In this document: piece after piece, positions 1-12,900 of the stretch
Layout: each line of letters starts with the position of its first letter
Position numbering within the stretch: position 1 is the first letter of the stretch
Assembly: GCA_051294375.1 (NCBI GenBank)
Contig: CM119263.1
Coordinates: 27,859,858-27,923,857, forward strand
Length of the DNA stretch: 64,000 nt
Direction: 5' to 3'
Source: Paraspadella gotoi
Taxonomy: Eukaryota; Animalia; Chaetognatha
The notes under the pieces: generated by a model
The model's input: the letters and a program-made list of their open reading frames with translations, nothing else
Told to the model about the DNA's origin: nothing
Database searches by the model: none
Made by a program: the position numbers and the translations under genes

Positions 1-273
1 TAAAAACTCTTATTTTACTAATAATCTTTTTTTTTATTATTATTATCGTTAACATCGTTTAAGTATAACTTTTGTTTTGCTATCAATCGGTTGATCGCCC
101 TCGACTTCCTCGTTTTAGTCTTTAATTTTCCCACGCTCTTTGTCCTCGGGTTTTTCATTTCAGAGAGGGGTTGGAAGGTAGAAGTTAGGTTTCTTCTCTT
201 GTCTAACGCTCCGTCTTCTCATTCTCTCGTTCTCCTCTCTCTCTCGTCTCTCTCTTTCCTTCATCTCCTCTCT

Positions 274-304
<31 letters not shown>

Positions 305-489
305 ACCTAAACGATTCAATCTCATTATTTGTCGTTTTTTCTTCTCAAAACCTACGAATAAAAATCGAAAACAGAAAAGGAATAGATTTTTATTAGGTTT
401 TTTTTTTCTGGATATTCTTGGATTCTTTTCTGCCCTGCTAAAGAATTAGCTTTGGATAAAAGGTTTTCTCTCTCTCGTCTCTCTTTCCT

Positions 490-563
<74 letters not shown>

Positions 564-725
564 CTTCTGAAATGAAACCCGAGGACAAAGAGCGTGGGAA
601 AATTAAAGACTAAAAACGAGAAGTCGAGGGCGACTCAACGATGTAGCCAAAACAAAAGTTCTACTTAAACGATGTAACGAAATCATAATAAAAAAAAAGT
701 ATTATTCGTAAAATAAGAGTTTTTT
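1..725. repeat. Imperfect inverted repeat (1-~165 vs ~563-725) around CT microsatellites; probable long-read fold-back artefact
   Basis: cgttttagtctttaattttcccacgctctttgtcctcggg (111-150) is the reverse complement of cccgaggacaaagagcgtgggaaaattaaagactaaaaacg (578-618); differences are mostly scattered 1-nt indels. Confidence 0.75.
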
Positions 726-1141
726 AAAATAAGAAAACGAGACATATGACGAACAATCTTTTAGAAATAGAAAAATAGTTGCCACAAAAGCAAATTAATA
801 TAAATTGAAAAACTTTATTAGTTTGGAGAAATGAAAATATTACAAGATCAAATTAAAACCAAAGATGAGATATAAAGAGAAATCTTTGCGACGAATGACT
901 GCGCGCGATACGGAAGAGAAGATTCGAATTAAATCTTGGGTGAAACTAGGATTGAACCCGGGCAGTCTGTCTCTGTCTCCTCTCCCTCTCTCTCTCTCTC
1001 TCTCCCTTCCTTTCCTCTTTCTTTGACACTTTTTCACGTTGCCTTTTCTTTTTTTTTAATTCTACCATTCAATTTGAGCTTTCTTTCTCTCTCCCGCTCC
1101 GCCCTCTCCTCACCGCCCTTGCCATTTCCAATATTCACGGT

Positions 1142-1182
<41 letters not shown>

Positions 1183-1604
1183 GAGAAGAGAGAGAGAGAG
1201 AGAAAAGAATGTGAGATGAAAGAATTTTCTTTTCCTTTAATCGTCGCTTCTTTTTCCGAAGCTTTTATGGTGCAATCGAAGCGTCAACCGAATATTGGGT
1301 AGAGTTCGAATGTGTGGCTCCATTTTAGTCGCGCCGCGATTACTCACGGAGTGTAACTAATAAGTCACTTTTCGTCGGTCGGTCGGTGGCTGTCAGTTAG
1401 TCGGTCGGTATCATATCCCTTCATTTATCCCACATTATTAAAAAGATCCATAACTCAGGTAATACTTATTATAAATTTCTTTCAATTTGTATAAACGGAG
1501 GGACCTCAGCGGATATGTATAAGTATACTTATGAAGTCACGTGGTTCGCCTCTTAAAAAACGATCATACATATAAAAGTTAATACGGCCTAAATTTGTGT
1601 ATTT

Positions 1605-1843
1605 ATGGTGGACTAAAAACCGACCAACCGTTCATCATAGCGGCCATTGGCCGGAGGCAAGACATTCGCCACTCCCAACCAAAGGTTCCGGGGTTCTAGG
1701 CCGGGTGGGTCGTCTGGCAGTTAAGAGGACGGCGCAGCTTAACTGCCTGCTAACACGGTGTTACAGCCTGATCCGAAACTCAGGGCCTGCTTATAGTTGA
1801 ATGTTCTGTCATTAACACTTATCAATAATGTACTGTCTCTTCA
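1605..1843 (+). mobile_element. Short interspersed solo-LTR-like element (family shared with 32617-32825) containing a twister-like fold
   Basis: Aligns end to end with 32617-32825: both start ATGGTGGACTAAAA, share gttacagcctgatccgaaRctcaggg, and end with an AATAA signal followed by TCTCTTCA. Confidence 0.7.
1716..1791 (+). ncRNA. Degenerate type-P5 twister ribozyme-like motif
   Basis: GGCAG..AGAG GA CGG..UAA CU GC C [UAACAC/GUGUUA] G CCUGA UCCGAAAC UCAGG..CUGCU; T1 CCG/CGG intact, loop AAGC mutated to AAAC, P2 shortened. Confidence 0.55.
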
Positions 1844-2374
1844 TTTTTTATGTTGTTTAATTTGGTAGTCATTCAATTAAGCCAGAAAATATGCATAAAA
1901 AAGGTCACTGCGGCGCAACAACACAGATAATTACTGTTCTTTTTTTTTTTTTAAAAAACGATTCATGGGGAAGACCTGAAACGTGTTACTAAGGATATTT
2001 TTATTATTATTAAAGAAATACATCAACCTTGACAAATAATTATACTTACGTCTCACAGGATTAGTTAAAAATCGGCGCCTGTTGGCCATCCGTTTTGCTT
2101 GTTGTTATTTAAAATCACTACTGTAAAGTCAATTTTCGGTCTTTTAAAAACTTCACCAATAAAACCAGGACGATGGACGATGGAACCATTTCGATGCAGC
2201 GAGGACGGAGTGAAATAAAAAGACGAGACTATTACTACATCAGAAAATGAAAGATAACCATCTGACCCAAACTCGACGACACGACGACGACGACGAACGA
2301 CGTTGAAGATCTCTCTCTTTTCTCCTACANNNNNNNNNNNNNNNNNNNNNNNNNCTCCTCTTTTTACCTCCCAG

Positions 2375-3228
2375 ACTCACAGTCGAAGCATCAAACAAAC
2401 TTCCTTCATGTCTCCCAACTCTTCCGTCCACGGAGACTCGGGTTCCGTTCGTAGAGACGTCTCCAGGTAACCACTATCACAACCACAATCACAACCACTA
2501 AAAATCACAACCACAATCACAACCACAACCACAATCACAACCCAAGCGAGTTTACTTTATTACCTCATATTATTATTTTATCATATAATATTTTTTCACA
2601 CTTCTCTCACTCATTCACATCCCTCAGGCCTCACAGTCGAACCTCACATATCGGGCGAATCACGGACGCCAGTGGCAACACCATGCTTGCTGCCGCCGTC
2701 AACAAGGCGGCCATGATAGGTGACAGTTCTAGCAGTCATTGTTGTCGTTGTCCTCGTGATCGTTCGTGATTTTCTGTTGTTGTTGTCGTTGTCGTTGTTG
2801 TCGTTTTCCTCGTCGTGATCGTTCGTTATTTTCTGTTGTTGTCGTTGTTGTCGTTGTCCTCGTCGTGATCGTTCGTGATTTTCTGTTGTTGTTTTTTTTC
2901 TTTTTCTCACTTATATTTCCCTCTCATTTTCCATCCCAGGTAAGCAGCAGCAGGAGCACCACCATATGCAAGCAGTCAAGACGCTGCCACCCAACGTTGG
3001 AGCGATGCAGACATCGAATCTGGCGATGCAGCAGCCCAATATGGGGATGCAGCAGCCGACGAACAGCTTCGGCGATTGGATGGAACTGAACAATCAGAAG
3101 GCAGACTTTCAGGGTTACTACGGAGACAACGAGTATATGATCGACGGGGCCAGCATCACAATGCAGGTTTTGAAGGGGGGGGAGATAATTGCGATAGACG
3201 GTTAGATGGGAGGACTTTCTGTTTGTTT

Positions 3229-3320
<92 letters not shown>

Positions 3321-4360
3321 TCATTCATTCTTTCATTCATTCATTCATTCATTCATTCATTCATTCTAATATTTTTTTCTTCCTAATTTGATTAAAATCA
3401 AAATATTCGTTATAATGACTTTTTTTTCATCTTCAAATTAGTTCGCATTAATTTGACCGACCACGCTCGCTGATCTACGATCTTGAATTAAATCGAATCC
3501 ATTCGAATTTAATTAACTGAAATTTTTTTCAAATTGAATTCAAAAGTTTTCCAAACTTGGATTATCAACTTTCCCACTTTACTCACCCACTTTATTTTTC
3601 TCACGCACACCCCCTCCACACCCCATCTTCCTCACCCACTTCCCCCCTCCACATCCCTTTCCTCTTTTCCAGCGCGGAATCGACCTTTCGAGCGCCGAAG
3701 AGGAATACATGGAGACGCAGGTGGCGCTGCCGATTCCCGCCTTCGACCACGCCTACCGACGCCGGCCGGCCGACGTCCACTACGGCAACGGGCCGACGCA
3801 GAACGTGGCGCGTGCCACGTTGCCGCGTCACGTCAGCAACGAATACGTGAAGAGGTGAGGAAATTAATTTGTTAATATATAAAATCGGTAAAACCAATAT
3901 ATCAAAATTATTCATTTATTAAATATTAAAGCTTACCCCTGACTTTTGACAGGCTATGGTGGTTTAAGCCCAAGGCTTCCATCCTTATTACAAGATTATA
4001 ACATAGCAGGTCCCTGCAAGCTTTCAGTCCAGACTCTCTCACAGTCGAGTTTATTCATTCCCGCAGTACATGTTATGTTTCGAGGAATATTTTAATATAT
4101 AAATATTGACTAAATCGCGACATTGCTGTTGCTTGGTTAATGAGGGATGAGTCAAATTAAATTAAAAATTTATTTTCTTTTAAGATCAAATTTAGATTTA
4201 TATTCAATTTCAGACCCAATTCTAAGCTAAGCATAATAATATTAAGGTGAATTTTAATCTTTATTCATAATCAATTACAATGTCAAACTTCATTTTCAGA
4301 TCGAATCACGAACATCAAAGAATCAACAACGAACTCGGAGTCATTTCAATCGATTCTTGA
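2375..4360 (+). CDS. Spliced gene of unknown function, 3' part: exons 2375-2466, 2628-2719, 2940-3166, 3673-3854, 4300-4360 (THSRSIKQ...GKQQQEHHHMQAVKTLPP...EEEYMETQVALP...NELGVISIDS*); the 5' end may be the short exon 2180-2209 or lie in the N gap
   Basis: Five GC-rich blocks bounded by yag/gt sites; phases 0-2-1-0-2 chain into one stop-free frame; low-complexity, Tyr-containing sequence; no family recognised. Confidence 0.65.
2735..2895. repeat. Intronic minisatellite, 3 copies of a ~55 bp GTT/GTC-rich unit
   Basis: cctcgt(cgt)gatcgttcgtKattttctgttgttg repeated three times. Confidence 0.8.
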
Positions 4361-4513
4361 TACGAAAACGCGTTTTAGTGTAATTTCGATCCGAACGAAT
4401 CGGTTTTTACTGTAACTCCGTTCATTGGCACAAAATCTTATGGACTTTTCTCTTTTTCTCGCTCAGATATTGAAGCAACATCATTTAATGTGATAATATG
4501 GGAAAGACTGTAA

Positions 4514-4600
<87 letters not shown>

Positions 4601-5129
4601 TTCATTTGCTACTTAGCATGCTTCGAATTTCATCAATGATTTAGAGGCCTTTTTTAAAAAGTATAACAAAAAAAAAGTTGTCGGACTCAAGAGAAAAACA
4701 GACTTTTTGGATTTTCTTTTTTTTTCGATCTGGAAACAAAAAAAAAGTTTCTTTTGTAAATATTATTTTCGTTATTTCACCATGACGATACATGAAATAT
4801 CAAACCGCTATTTGAAATTGATTTTTCGCAACGTATTCATATTTCATTCGAATTACTTTATTCTTTCTAGCTAAAATACATGAATTGCACTTATGGTTAA
4901 TTTGTTTATTGTTCTTTTTTCTTACAAAAATCGCAGATATTTAGTTCCTGAAATTTTCCGATTAGCATTTCTGAGAAAAGGTTTAAAACGGAAAAGTTGC
5001 GGTTTTAAAATGTTTCATTTCGTTACTGAAATAGCAGCAATTCATTTTTTTATTACATGCTGACTAATTCAAACGAGTGAAAAAAAATATGGGAAAAGGG
5101 AGGAGGAGAGAAAGTAAAGAGAAATCGAA

Positions 5130-5199
<70 letters not shown>

Positions 5200-6547
5200 A
5201 TAAATTGATCTAACAGACATTAAGTTAATAAACCTTTGTTAGAAATTAATCCTCACATATTTTTTTGGCGTCATTTATAATGCACAAAAATTCAAGTTGA
5301 TAACAAGATATTATTTATTAGCAAAAGCAAAAAATAAACGAAACCTCAGCTGTAAGTATCCTGGAAACTGTAATTGTAAATTGAGACAGTAACCTTTAAT
5401 TTAATAAGCTAACTTATTAAGTTAGGGCTTTATTTCATCTCATAAAAAAACATTGAATATTATCATAAATTAAATAAATTTAAAAAAAAATGAAAACAAC
5501 TCTATAAACGAATAAATATCGCGAAAATTATTAGTTTAATACTTTAATAGGCCTACGAAGATGAATTGCGCAGTGCGCACATCGTAAAGTTCCCAGTTCA
5601 TTTGTTTGCATTCAGGCTCGCCCCTTTTCCTCTAGAGGTCAAGCGGAGCTCGACATCCTTCAAAAAGTAAAGCAAAAGAGCAATAGGATGTCAAGTCGGG
5701 GAAATCCTGTTTTTCATGCTGGAGAGAAGCGATGACTTGAGTTCTTGCGACGCCAGTTGCGTGAATGAATCAGTCGTGACTTGCCCGAGCTCACCCAAAC
5801 CTATAATAGTGTATCAAGATGATTCAGATTTTCAAAAACGTTCACACAAGTGATCACACATATATATACTTTAATTTAAAACACCTTTTATTCGATTTGA
5901 AATTCTCACATGAAGAGATCCCGGTCGATTTTTATCTGGCTCCTAAATTATGCAAATTAGCTTACGATCGAATTTGTCAGATAACGATGACGCTCTTTAT
6001 TCGCGTAATTTTAAACGTTTTATTATTGTAATATAATAAATTAATTGAATATTATAGTTTTTAGAATATATATTTTATAATATAAATAATTTATAGTATT
6101 TATACTAATATAAATAAGACAAAATAGCAATTAAATGAGATCTTGAATGCTTCTTTTTCTTACCCAAAATGAGGAATTCAAAGAGATTTTTTGCATAAAA
6201 TAAATATTAACTATTTTGCTTGTTTTAAGTTCCTTATTACATTATAATATATATAAATTGTATTATAAATTGTATAATTCATTCGTTTAAGTTACTATTA
6301 TACGTGCTTTAATAAATAGGTAAATATGGAAAAAACTTGATAACAAAGATTAAAATAACCAATAAAAGTAAAATTTTTAAAAAAATAATAATACTAATAT
6401 TAAAATTAGTATTTAATAATTTAATAATAATAATTAATAAAAAAAATTATTTTAAAAATTACTGCAAAGAAAGAATTTAAATTATTAAAATTATTAATGA
6501 ATATTTTTCTATATTTTTAAAGTAATTTTTAGTCAACTAGGTTCCAT

Positions 6548-6706
6548 TAGGATTGTACCCACGTAGGAATACGTGGGAATACGTGGAATACGTGGAATAC
6601 GTGGGCGGAATACTATGGGTGCAATTGTATGTGGGCCCAATGCTACATGGCGTGCAATCCTAGGGGCGCAATTTTATGGGCCAATAATACGTTGGGCACA
6701 ATCCTA
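6548..6706. mobile_element. MITE-like element with terminal inverted repeats and an internal (GGAATACGT)n array
   Basis: taggattgtacccacgta ... tacgttgggcacaatccta; four tandem ggaatacgtg units inside. Confidence 0.6.
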
Positions 6707-8659
6707 CTACCACCGTATATAACATATAGATAAGTGAAAAGGATCCATTCAATATCATAATCAATGATTAAGTATATTATGTTTGAATGATCAGGAAGAA
6801 AATTAAATATTACTAAATTTGAATAGCAAATACATAGATTGGACGATTGGATCCTTTTGTGTTTGAGGCAACATGAACCGGGACTCATTTTTTGATATGG
6901 TATAAATAACTATCTCTATTAATTTGTTTAATTTTCTGATCATAATCAAAAAACTACTTTCATTTATAAAAGAAAACAGAGAACTTTTGAGAGGGAAAAC
7001 TTAACTTCCAAGATTTTAAAGAATTGCTTTTGTTTTATAAGTTTTTTAAATCAAATCATTAATTATAAAAAATTAATCGAAACCTATTGTCTTCTAAATA
7101 ATGATAGATTGCTTTGTTAATTCTTCAATCAACCAAATTGAAAAAGTGAGTAAACAAACTATGATTAAAAACAATATGATAATATGATAACATTTTAATT
7201 GTTAACAACAACGATGAAGGCTAACAATTAGTTTCAAAAATGTTCATTTTTATGTAAAAACATTATGTCGTTATTGTTAACCATTAAAAAGTTATTATTT
7301 CGTCTCTAAATCAAACAACAAATAAAATAAATAATACAATGACTAAAAACTAAAAAAAAATCCGAGATAATTTTTTATAATTGAAAAAAAGTTTGACTAT
7401 GGATGCTCAAACCCTCATTCATCCTTAATTATAGGCCTATTAATAGTTATAAAAATGAAAACTATAGTACATAGGAAAAATGACTTCTATAATATAATAA
7501 TAGTTTAAGAAGAAGGGGATAAAATTGTAATCAAATCATATCCGTTAAAGCATTATTTTATTGTTATTTATCATTTGACTATATAAGATCATATTGTGGC
7601 GGGTATATTCACACCGCCTCATATTTTTATATTAATTTCTCTTTAAATATATGTTCAGACTGAATTTCAGTACAGCAAAACAAAAAATAGCGATTACTTT
7701 CTAAAATGTTTTCCTATAAAAAACAGAAAAAACTATTGAAAATCACAACATGCAGCTACTAAAAACTTATAAAATTATTAAGCATTATGAAATTATTAAT
7801 AAAACATAGAAAATATTATTAATAATACATATGTTATTAAAAAAAACTAAAACTCATCATCAGATTTCACAGGGAAAAGATGCTCTTTTTATGAAAAAAT
7901 TCGCGAATATCCGCCAGGTTCGCTAGTATCTTTTGTTCTTTTTGACCGGCTTGACCGGTCTTTAACATTAAAAAGATACGAAATGACGTATTCGATCTCG
8001 CGGATCTCTTATGTTCGATGCATTAAACTTAAATATTTTTATACGAAAATTATTTATATATACGTCTGATTAAGTGTGCAAACGTTTTTTTATGAAACTC
8101 GATGTTCTGTATATTACTAACTTTTGGTCTACCTATAAATCAGATTTAGATTTCATCATTTTTAGCAAAAATGAACTTGCATGAATTTAATCGAATGAAT
8201 TGGCATGAATTGAATCGGTGAATCGGCAATAAATAAATCAATGAATTGGAACGAAAAAGTACTTTTGAAAGTAGTTTATGACTAAAATACGCGGCTAAAA
8301 ATTATTAATTGTCCTCTCACGATTTTTATTCGAAATCTTTTCGTTGAGTATAAATCGTTTTGTAAAAAAAAAATGATGAGTTTAATTTAGTTTAACTTTT
8401 TTTGAAGTATTAATATATGTAAACCAAGTCTGTTAGTATACTTTAGAAACTTTATAAACATGATAAAACATTCGTTTCCGCCGATTTTGCACTTAAGTCC
8501 GACTTTCTCCCTCTTCCTGACATTAGTATCCGGGGGCCGGCATTTAAATCTCATCCGGGCCCTCTTACTAGTCTTATTAGTCTTAGAGATCTCCGTCCAG
8601 CAGAAAGACAAAAGGCAACATTTCTCATAATTAGCTTCAGGTTAATCCTGATAAATCTC

Positions 8660-8735
8660 GTTCGGCCGCCGCGACGGGGATTCGAACCCGCGACTTTCGC
8701 GTTGTTCACGTCTCGTCGTTCGCGAGGCTACGATT
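8660..8735 (-). mobile_element. tRNA-derived SINE head / tRNA pseudogene fragment
   Basis: Minus strand ...gtcgcgGGTTCGAATCCccg... is a perfect pol III B box in a T-arm-like stem; A box degenerate and no complete cloverleaf. Confidence 0.55.
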
Positions 8736-8763
8736 GCGCAATAAACGAGAAATCTCGTCGTGG

Positions 8764-9570
8764 GTATAAAAAGAGCGTAGCCAAAGACGAAAGAGAACAA
8801 TTATTTCGGTTCAAATCTCCGAAAAAAAACAACTCGATTTATATCTGGGTGGGGGGGGGTGTTCTAGTTTTGAAAAAAAAAAATGTTAATTTTCTTCGCT
8901 CTTTAAGCACGCGATCGACTTAAAACTTCGGTACAGGATAATCGACGATGACAACGACGAACATCGACAAAGATCTGGATTTAACGACAACAATGACGAA
9001 CGCCTGCCGAACCGGAAGTCGTTACCGGCGCCAACTCTTCCTATGACGACGCTCCGCTTGGTGAGTTGGCGCGACAAAATGACGTTTCGTTTAAAGCCGT
9101 TGAGTTTACGCGAAATAAAAAAAAAAAAAAAAAATCGCGAAGATTTCGGCTTCAACTCACATTTTGTTGCGTCAACTCACAGGAGGCGTAGATGATGTCG
9201 TGCGGGATCGAAGACAAAGTGACGCCGGAGTGAGGCTGATGTGACGCTGAAGGGACGCTGGTATCTTTGATGAACATGGAAGAACATGCTTGCAACTTGC
9301 AACTTACACGTTCTAAAGGTTAGAGATGATTGCATTGATTATTTAAGTGAGTATTGTCTGAAAAATAATTCATGATTAAAAATTAATTAAATTATTATTA
9401 TTAATTATATTCTATTATCCTTGCAGAGTCTTCTCAATCTTTTGTCTCGATCCTCGGAAAATAAAAGTGGAATTCCAAGATTGTATGCAAATCACGCTTG
9501 TGTTGACACGTGGACGGGTCCCGACCGGATTTATGTGAAACCCACAGGAAGTGCACCTCCAGTGAAATAG
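8764..9570 (+). other. Possible spliced non-coding or short-ORF transcript (TATA at ~8765; exon-like blocks 8937-9060, 9183-9318, 9427-~9570)
   Basis: gtataaaaag box, clean cag/gtgag and cag/gttag boundaries around GC-richer blocks, but no long continuous ORF across them. Confidence 0.35.
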
Positions 9571-9690
9571 ATAACAGGAATCACGATATCAACTACTTCA
9601 GATTGTGAACTTTGCGCCGGAAAATCCGTTGAAATGGAGTGACTTATATTGTATTGCATTTTTTTTTTAAAGAATGTATGAATTTGCCAT

Positions 9691-9905
9691 TACTGGAAAA
9701 AGACCTCAGACCCCGACTAGGACCGAATGATCTTCCAATATCCAGCTGGACATCTTTATCACTAAACTGTGATACTTTACCTTTTTAGTTTCATTTTAAT
9801 GACACTAAATACAATCATCACGATTTAGCGATCAAAATGTCCATCTGTATATCGGAGTAGAGTCATTTTCTGATCCCAGTTGCGGTCTGCGGTCTTTTTC
9901 CAGTG
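9691..9905. mobile_element. Fold-back MITE with (C/T)ACTG...CAGTG termini (CACTA/CMC-like)
   Basis: tactggaaaaagacctcagacc ... ggtctgcggtctttttccagtg; imperfect inverted symmetry over ~80 bp per arm. Confidence 0.7.
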
Positions 9906-10533
9906 ATCTCAAATTCACACATTGTTGGTCTCTTCAGTGAAGGAGGATTATGGTGGGTTCACATTGCGGAACAGCCACCTCAGAATTAAATTAACTCTAG
10001 TCTCTAAATTTAAATTAATTCAAATTTGACTTACCTCGCGAAAAGAAATAATTAGTTACGTCTGGAAAATTGTTTTGTTTTATTAATGAGAATGAGGTAA
10101 CAATGAACAATTATTAGATGGGGTCCGAAATTTGAACTCACCACAAAACGTCTTTCATTAAAGCGACCGATTTTTGTAAATTGTTAGTTGTGTCTTGATG
10201 TCGAATCTTTCTTTTAACATTTTTTAAGTTTCTTATTCCGCTTGAATTTAAAAAAAACTAAATAAGTAAAAAATAATCTCGGTTCAAAAAAAAAAAACAT
10301 TTGGAGACGAACTGGAAATGTTATTACTGATTTACAAATGTTTCAATGTAAGTGAGAAAAGTAGTATATTGGCAGCAATGTAGCTATCAGAGATATTACA
10401 ACTTATGCCAAACAAAAAACAGGAAAGAAATTAATGAGCCGCCCTCTATCGGCAATTTTGATCTGGTTTTCAAAGAAATGAAAATGAATGTATAGAAACC
10501 GTTAGCATCAAGAAAACTATTTGAAATCTGACG

Positions 10534-10645
10534 CATTCTGCGAAATCTTCCCCCATAAATCAAAACCATTGCAAGTCTGGTACATTCTGCGAAATCTTCC
10601 CCCATAAATCAAAACCATTCCAAGTCTGGTACATTCTGCAAATCC
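10534..10645. repeat. 49-bp tandem repeat spanning the homeobox gene stop codon
   Basis: Units starting cattctgc at 10534, 10583 and 10632. Confidence 0.85.
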
Positions 10646-12861
10646 TCCAGATTGAGGAGTCCACCCTCGATATCCTCGTTAGAAAACAGTCGTTGCCCTC
10701 TCAGATCCGGAAGCACAAAACCGGCGTCGCTCTGCATCTGGAAAACGGCGTCCTCGGCGCCGTCGAGATTAGCACCTTCCAAACGCCGGTCGGTGGGGTC
10801 GTTGGCGCCGGACTCGGCGGCGTTGGCGCCATTTTGGTCGCTGAAAACGTTAAAGGCGTCGGTCGACTTAAAGTTGGTCGACGAGAAGAAATCCGATGGC
10901 GGGAAATGAATGGGAGAGATTTGTTGCGTTGGTTGAGAAGACGATTGGGTTGGCGGCGAATGAGGCGATGGCAAAAAAGGATTGGGAGAGGAATGACGAG
11001 AAGGCAAAAACTCAAACGGAGACGGAACGAGAGTGAAATTGGATCCTTGATCGCCTGATTGACACGCCCCTTGTGGTTTCTGCCTGGCGATGGTCTGGCA
11101 GGCGACGCCGTTCATCTCTTCATTCCGGAATTGGGCGTCGGGAAAAGACGCCGCTGTCTCCGCCGCCGACGCCGTCGTCATCGATTCGTTGGCGACCGGC
11201 GGCGGTTGGTTCCATCCTCCGAAGGGCGGTGACGCCGATGACGTGGCGGATGATTGGAGCGGCGACGCCCTGCTCCAGTTGTTGTAAGGAGTCGAACCTT
11301 GATTCGCGGATGGATCGCTCCCCTCCGGCTGAACTGGCAGAGTTTTCTTTCTTCCCTGACGAACGGTTGCGGCATTGGTTTTTGGTTTCGGTTGGCGCCG
11401 CTTCTGACGAGAGCGCCGGTTTTGGAACCAGACCTTTGAAAGAAGATTTTAAAATACTTACTGTAAAAAAAAAAGAAGAACAAATTATAAAACCTGTTTA
11501 AAAAAAATACGTATTTCAAAGACAATGAGATTTTTACACATATTAAATTTATGAAAGTAATAAAAATGTTAGGAATAGATTTATACACTGACACTTCAAT
11601 CTAATTTGCATTTAGCAACAAGATAGGCATTAAGGCGTAGTAAAATTTCTAAATTTAACTTTAATTAAAATTCTAAAAGTGAGGAACGAACAACATTATA
11701 CTAATGAACATTTATGTATAAAAAAAATTTATAATAAATTTTACAATTTACGCAGTAGGCCATATTTATACTAGTACTAATCCAATAAATGTTAAAATTT
11801 CAAAACAGTTTTTTCTAAGATTTTTTGCAGATTTGGATTTGTCATAAAAAGTTGATAAAAAGAAATATAACTCTTTTTAAAAAAATCCTTCATTAAGTGG
11901 GTCAAAAATTAGAAAAAGCTATATTTTAAGCTGAAAATTAACTTTTTATATATTAAATATAGTTTTTATAATTTTTAACCCACTTAATGAAAGAATTTTT
12001 AAAAATAATTTATATTTTATCAACTTTTGACGAGGAATTCAAATCTGCAATCAAAATTAAGAAAAGCCTATTTTGAAATTTTTCGATTTTATAAGAATAG
12101 TACTATATATAAATATATCCTACTGCGAAAATTAAAAAAACATAAAATTAATTTTTTTTACAAATTAATGTTCACTGATGGTATGTTGTTCATAATTGAC
12201 CTTTAGAATTTTCGTACGTAACTTTCACTACGCCTTAATAGGCATTTAACATTTAGTAGAGCTCAGTTAAATAAGTTTTCATTAGCATATGTGGATAAGG
12301 CGCTACGTGGGCTGAAGATGACTGTCCGTAACTTCTATAACCCCCTCTAGAAGCCATGGAACGGGTCCCTGGGCTTGGAACCAGGCTTGAGGGTTTGCCA
12401 TGCCCCCAAGGCGGCTTACGGCCGTCCTCACGCTTCCCGCAGGGTAGGTACCGGTAGCTCGAGAGCTTTGATGTAAATCGCCTCTCTAATTTTGAGCTCT
12501 TTCTTTATCTTTATTTTCTCTAATTCTACAACTTAGCTATCCCTAACCACACTTTCTTCTTTTCTCTTTCTTTATTTCAATCTTAATTAACAAACTAGTT
12601 AAAATATTCTCAGTTAAATTTACTAGTTTAAGCATTAAGTCTATTTATTTATTGTTATTGAATTATTTAATCCTTTATCTTTGTTTTACCTTACAAAAAT
12701 GTAAATATTTTCTCGCTCTCTGTCTCTTCAAATTTTCACTATTCACATTTCAACCACTTTCCTCTTCTTCTCTCTCCTTACCTTCACCTGTCCTCAATCT
12801 GACCACTGTCCTTATCTCAACCTTTGTTGGAAGCTTTATCTCTCTCTCTCTCTTTTCTCTC

Positions 12862-12900
<39 letters not shown>

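Noticed and set aside
1640-1720. HDV-like ribozyme suggested by minus-strand GGCGAAUG
   Set aside because: Could not build P1, P1.1 or P3 consistently in either copy
7900-7927. Helitron 3' end (GC hairpin + CTAG)
   Set aside because: The hairpin is weak and no 5' end or second copy is visible
8660-8735. Functional tRNA gene
   Set aside because: B box only; D arm and acceptor stem do not form
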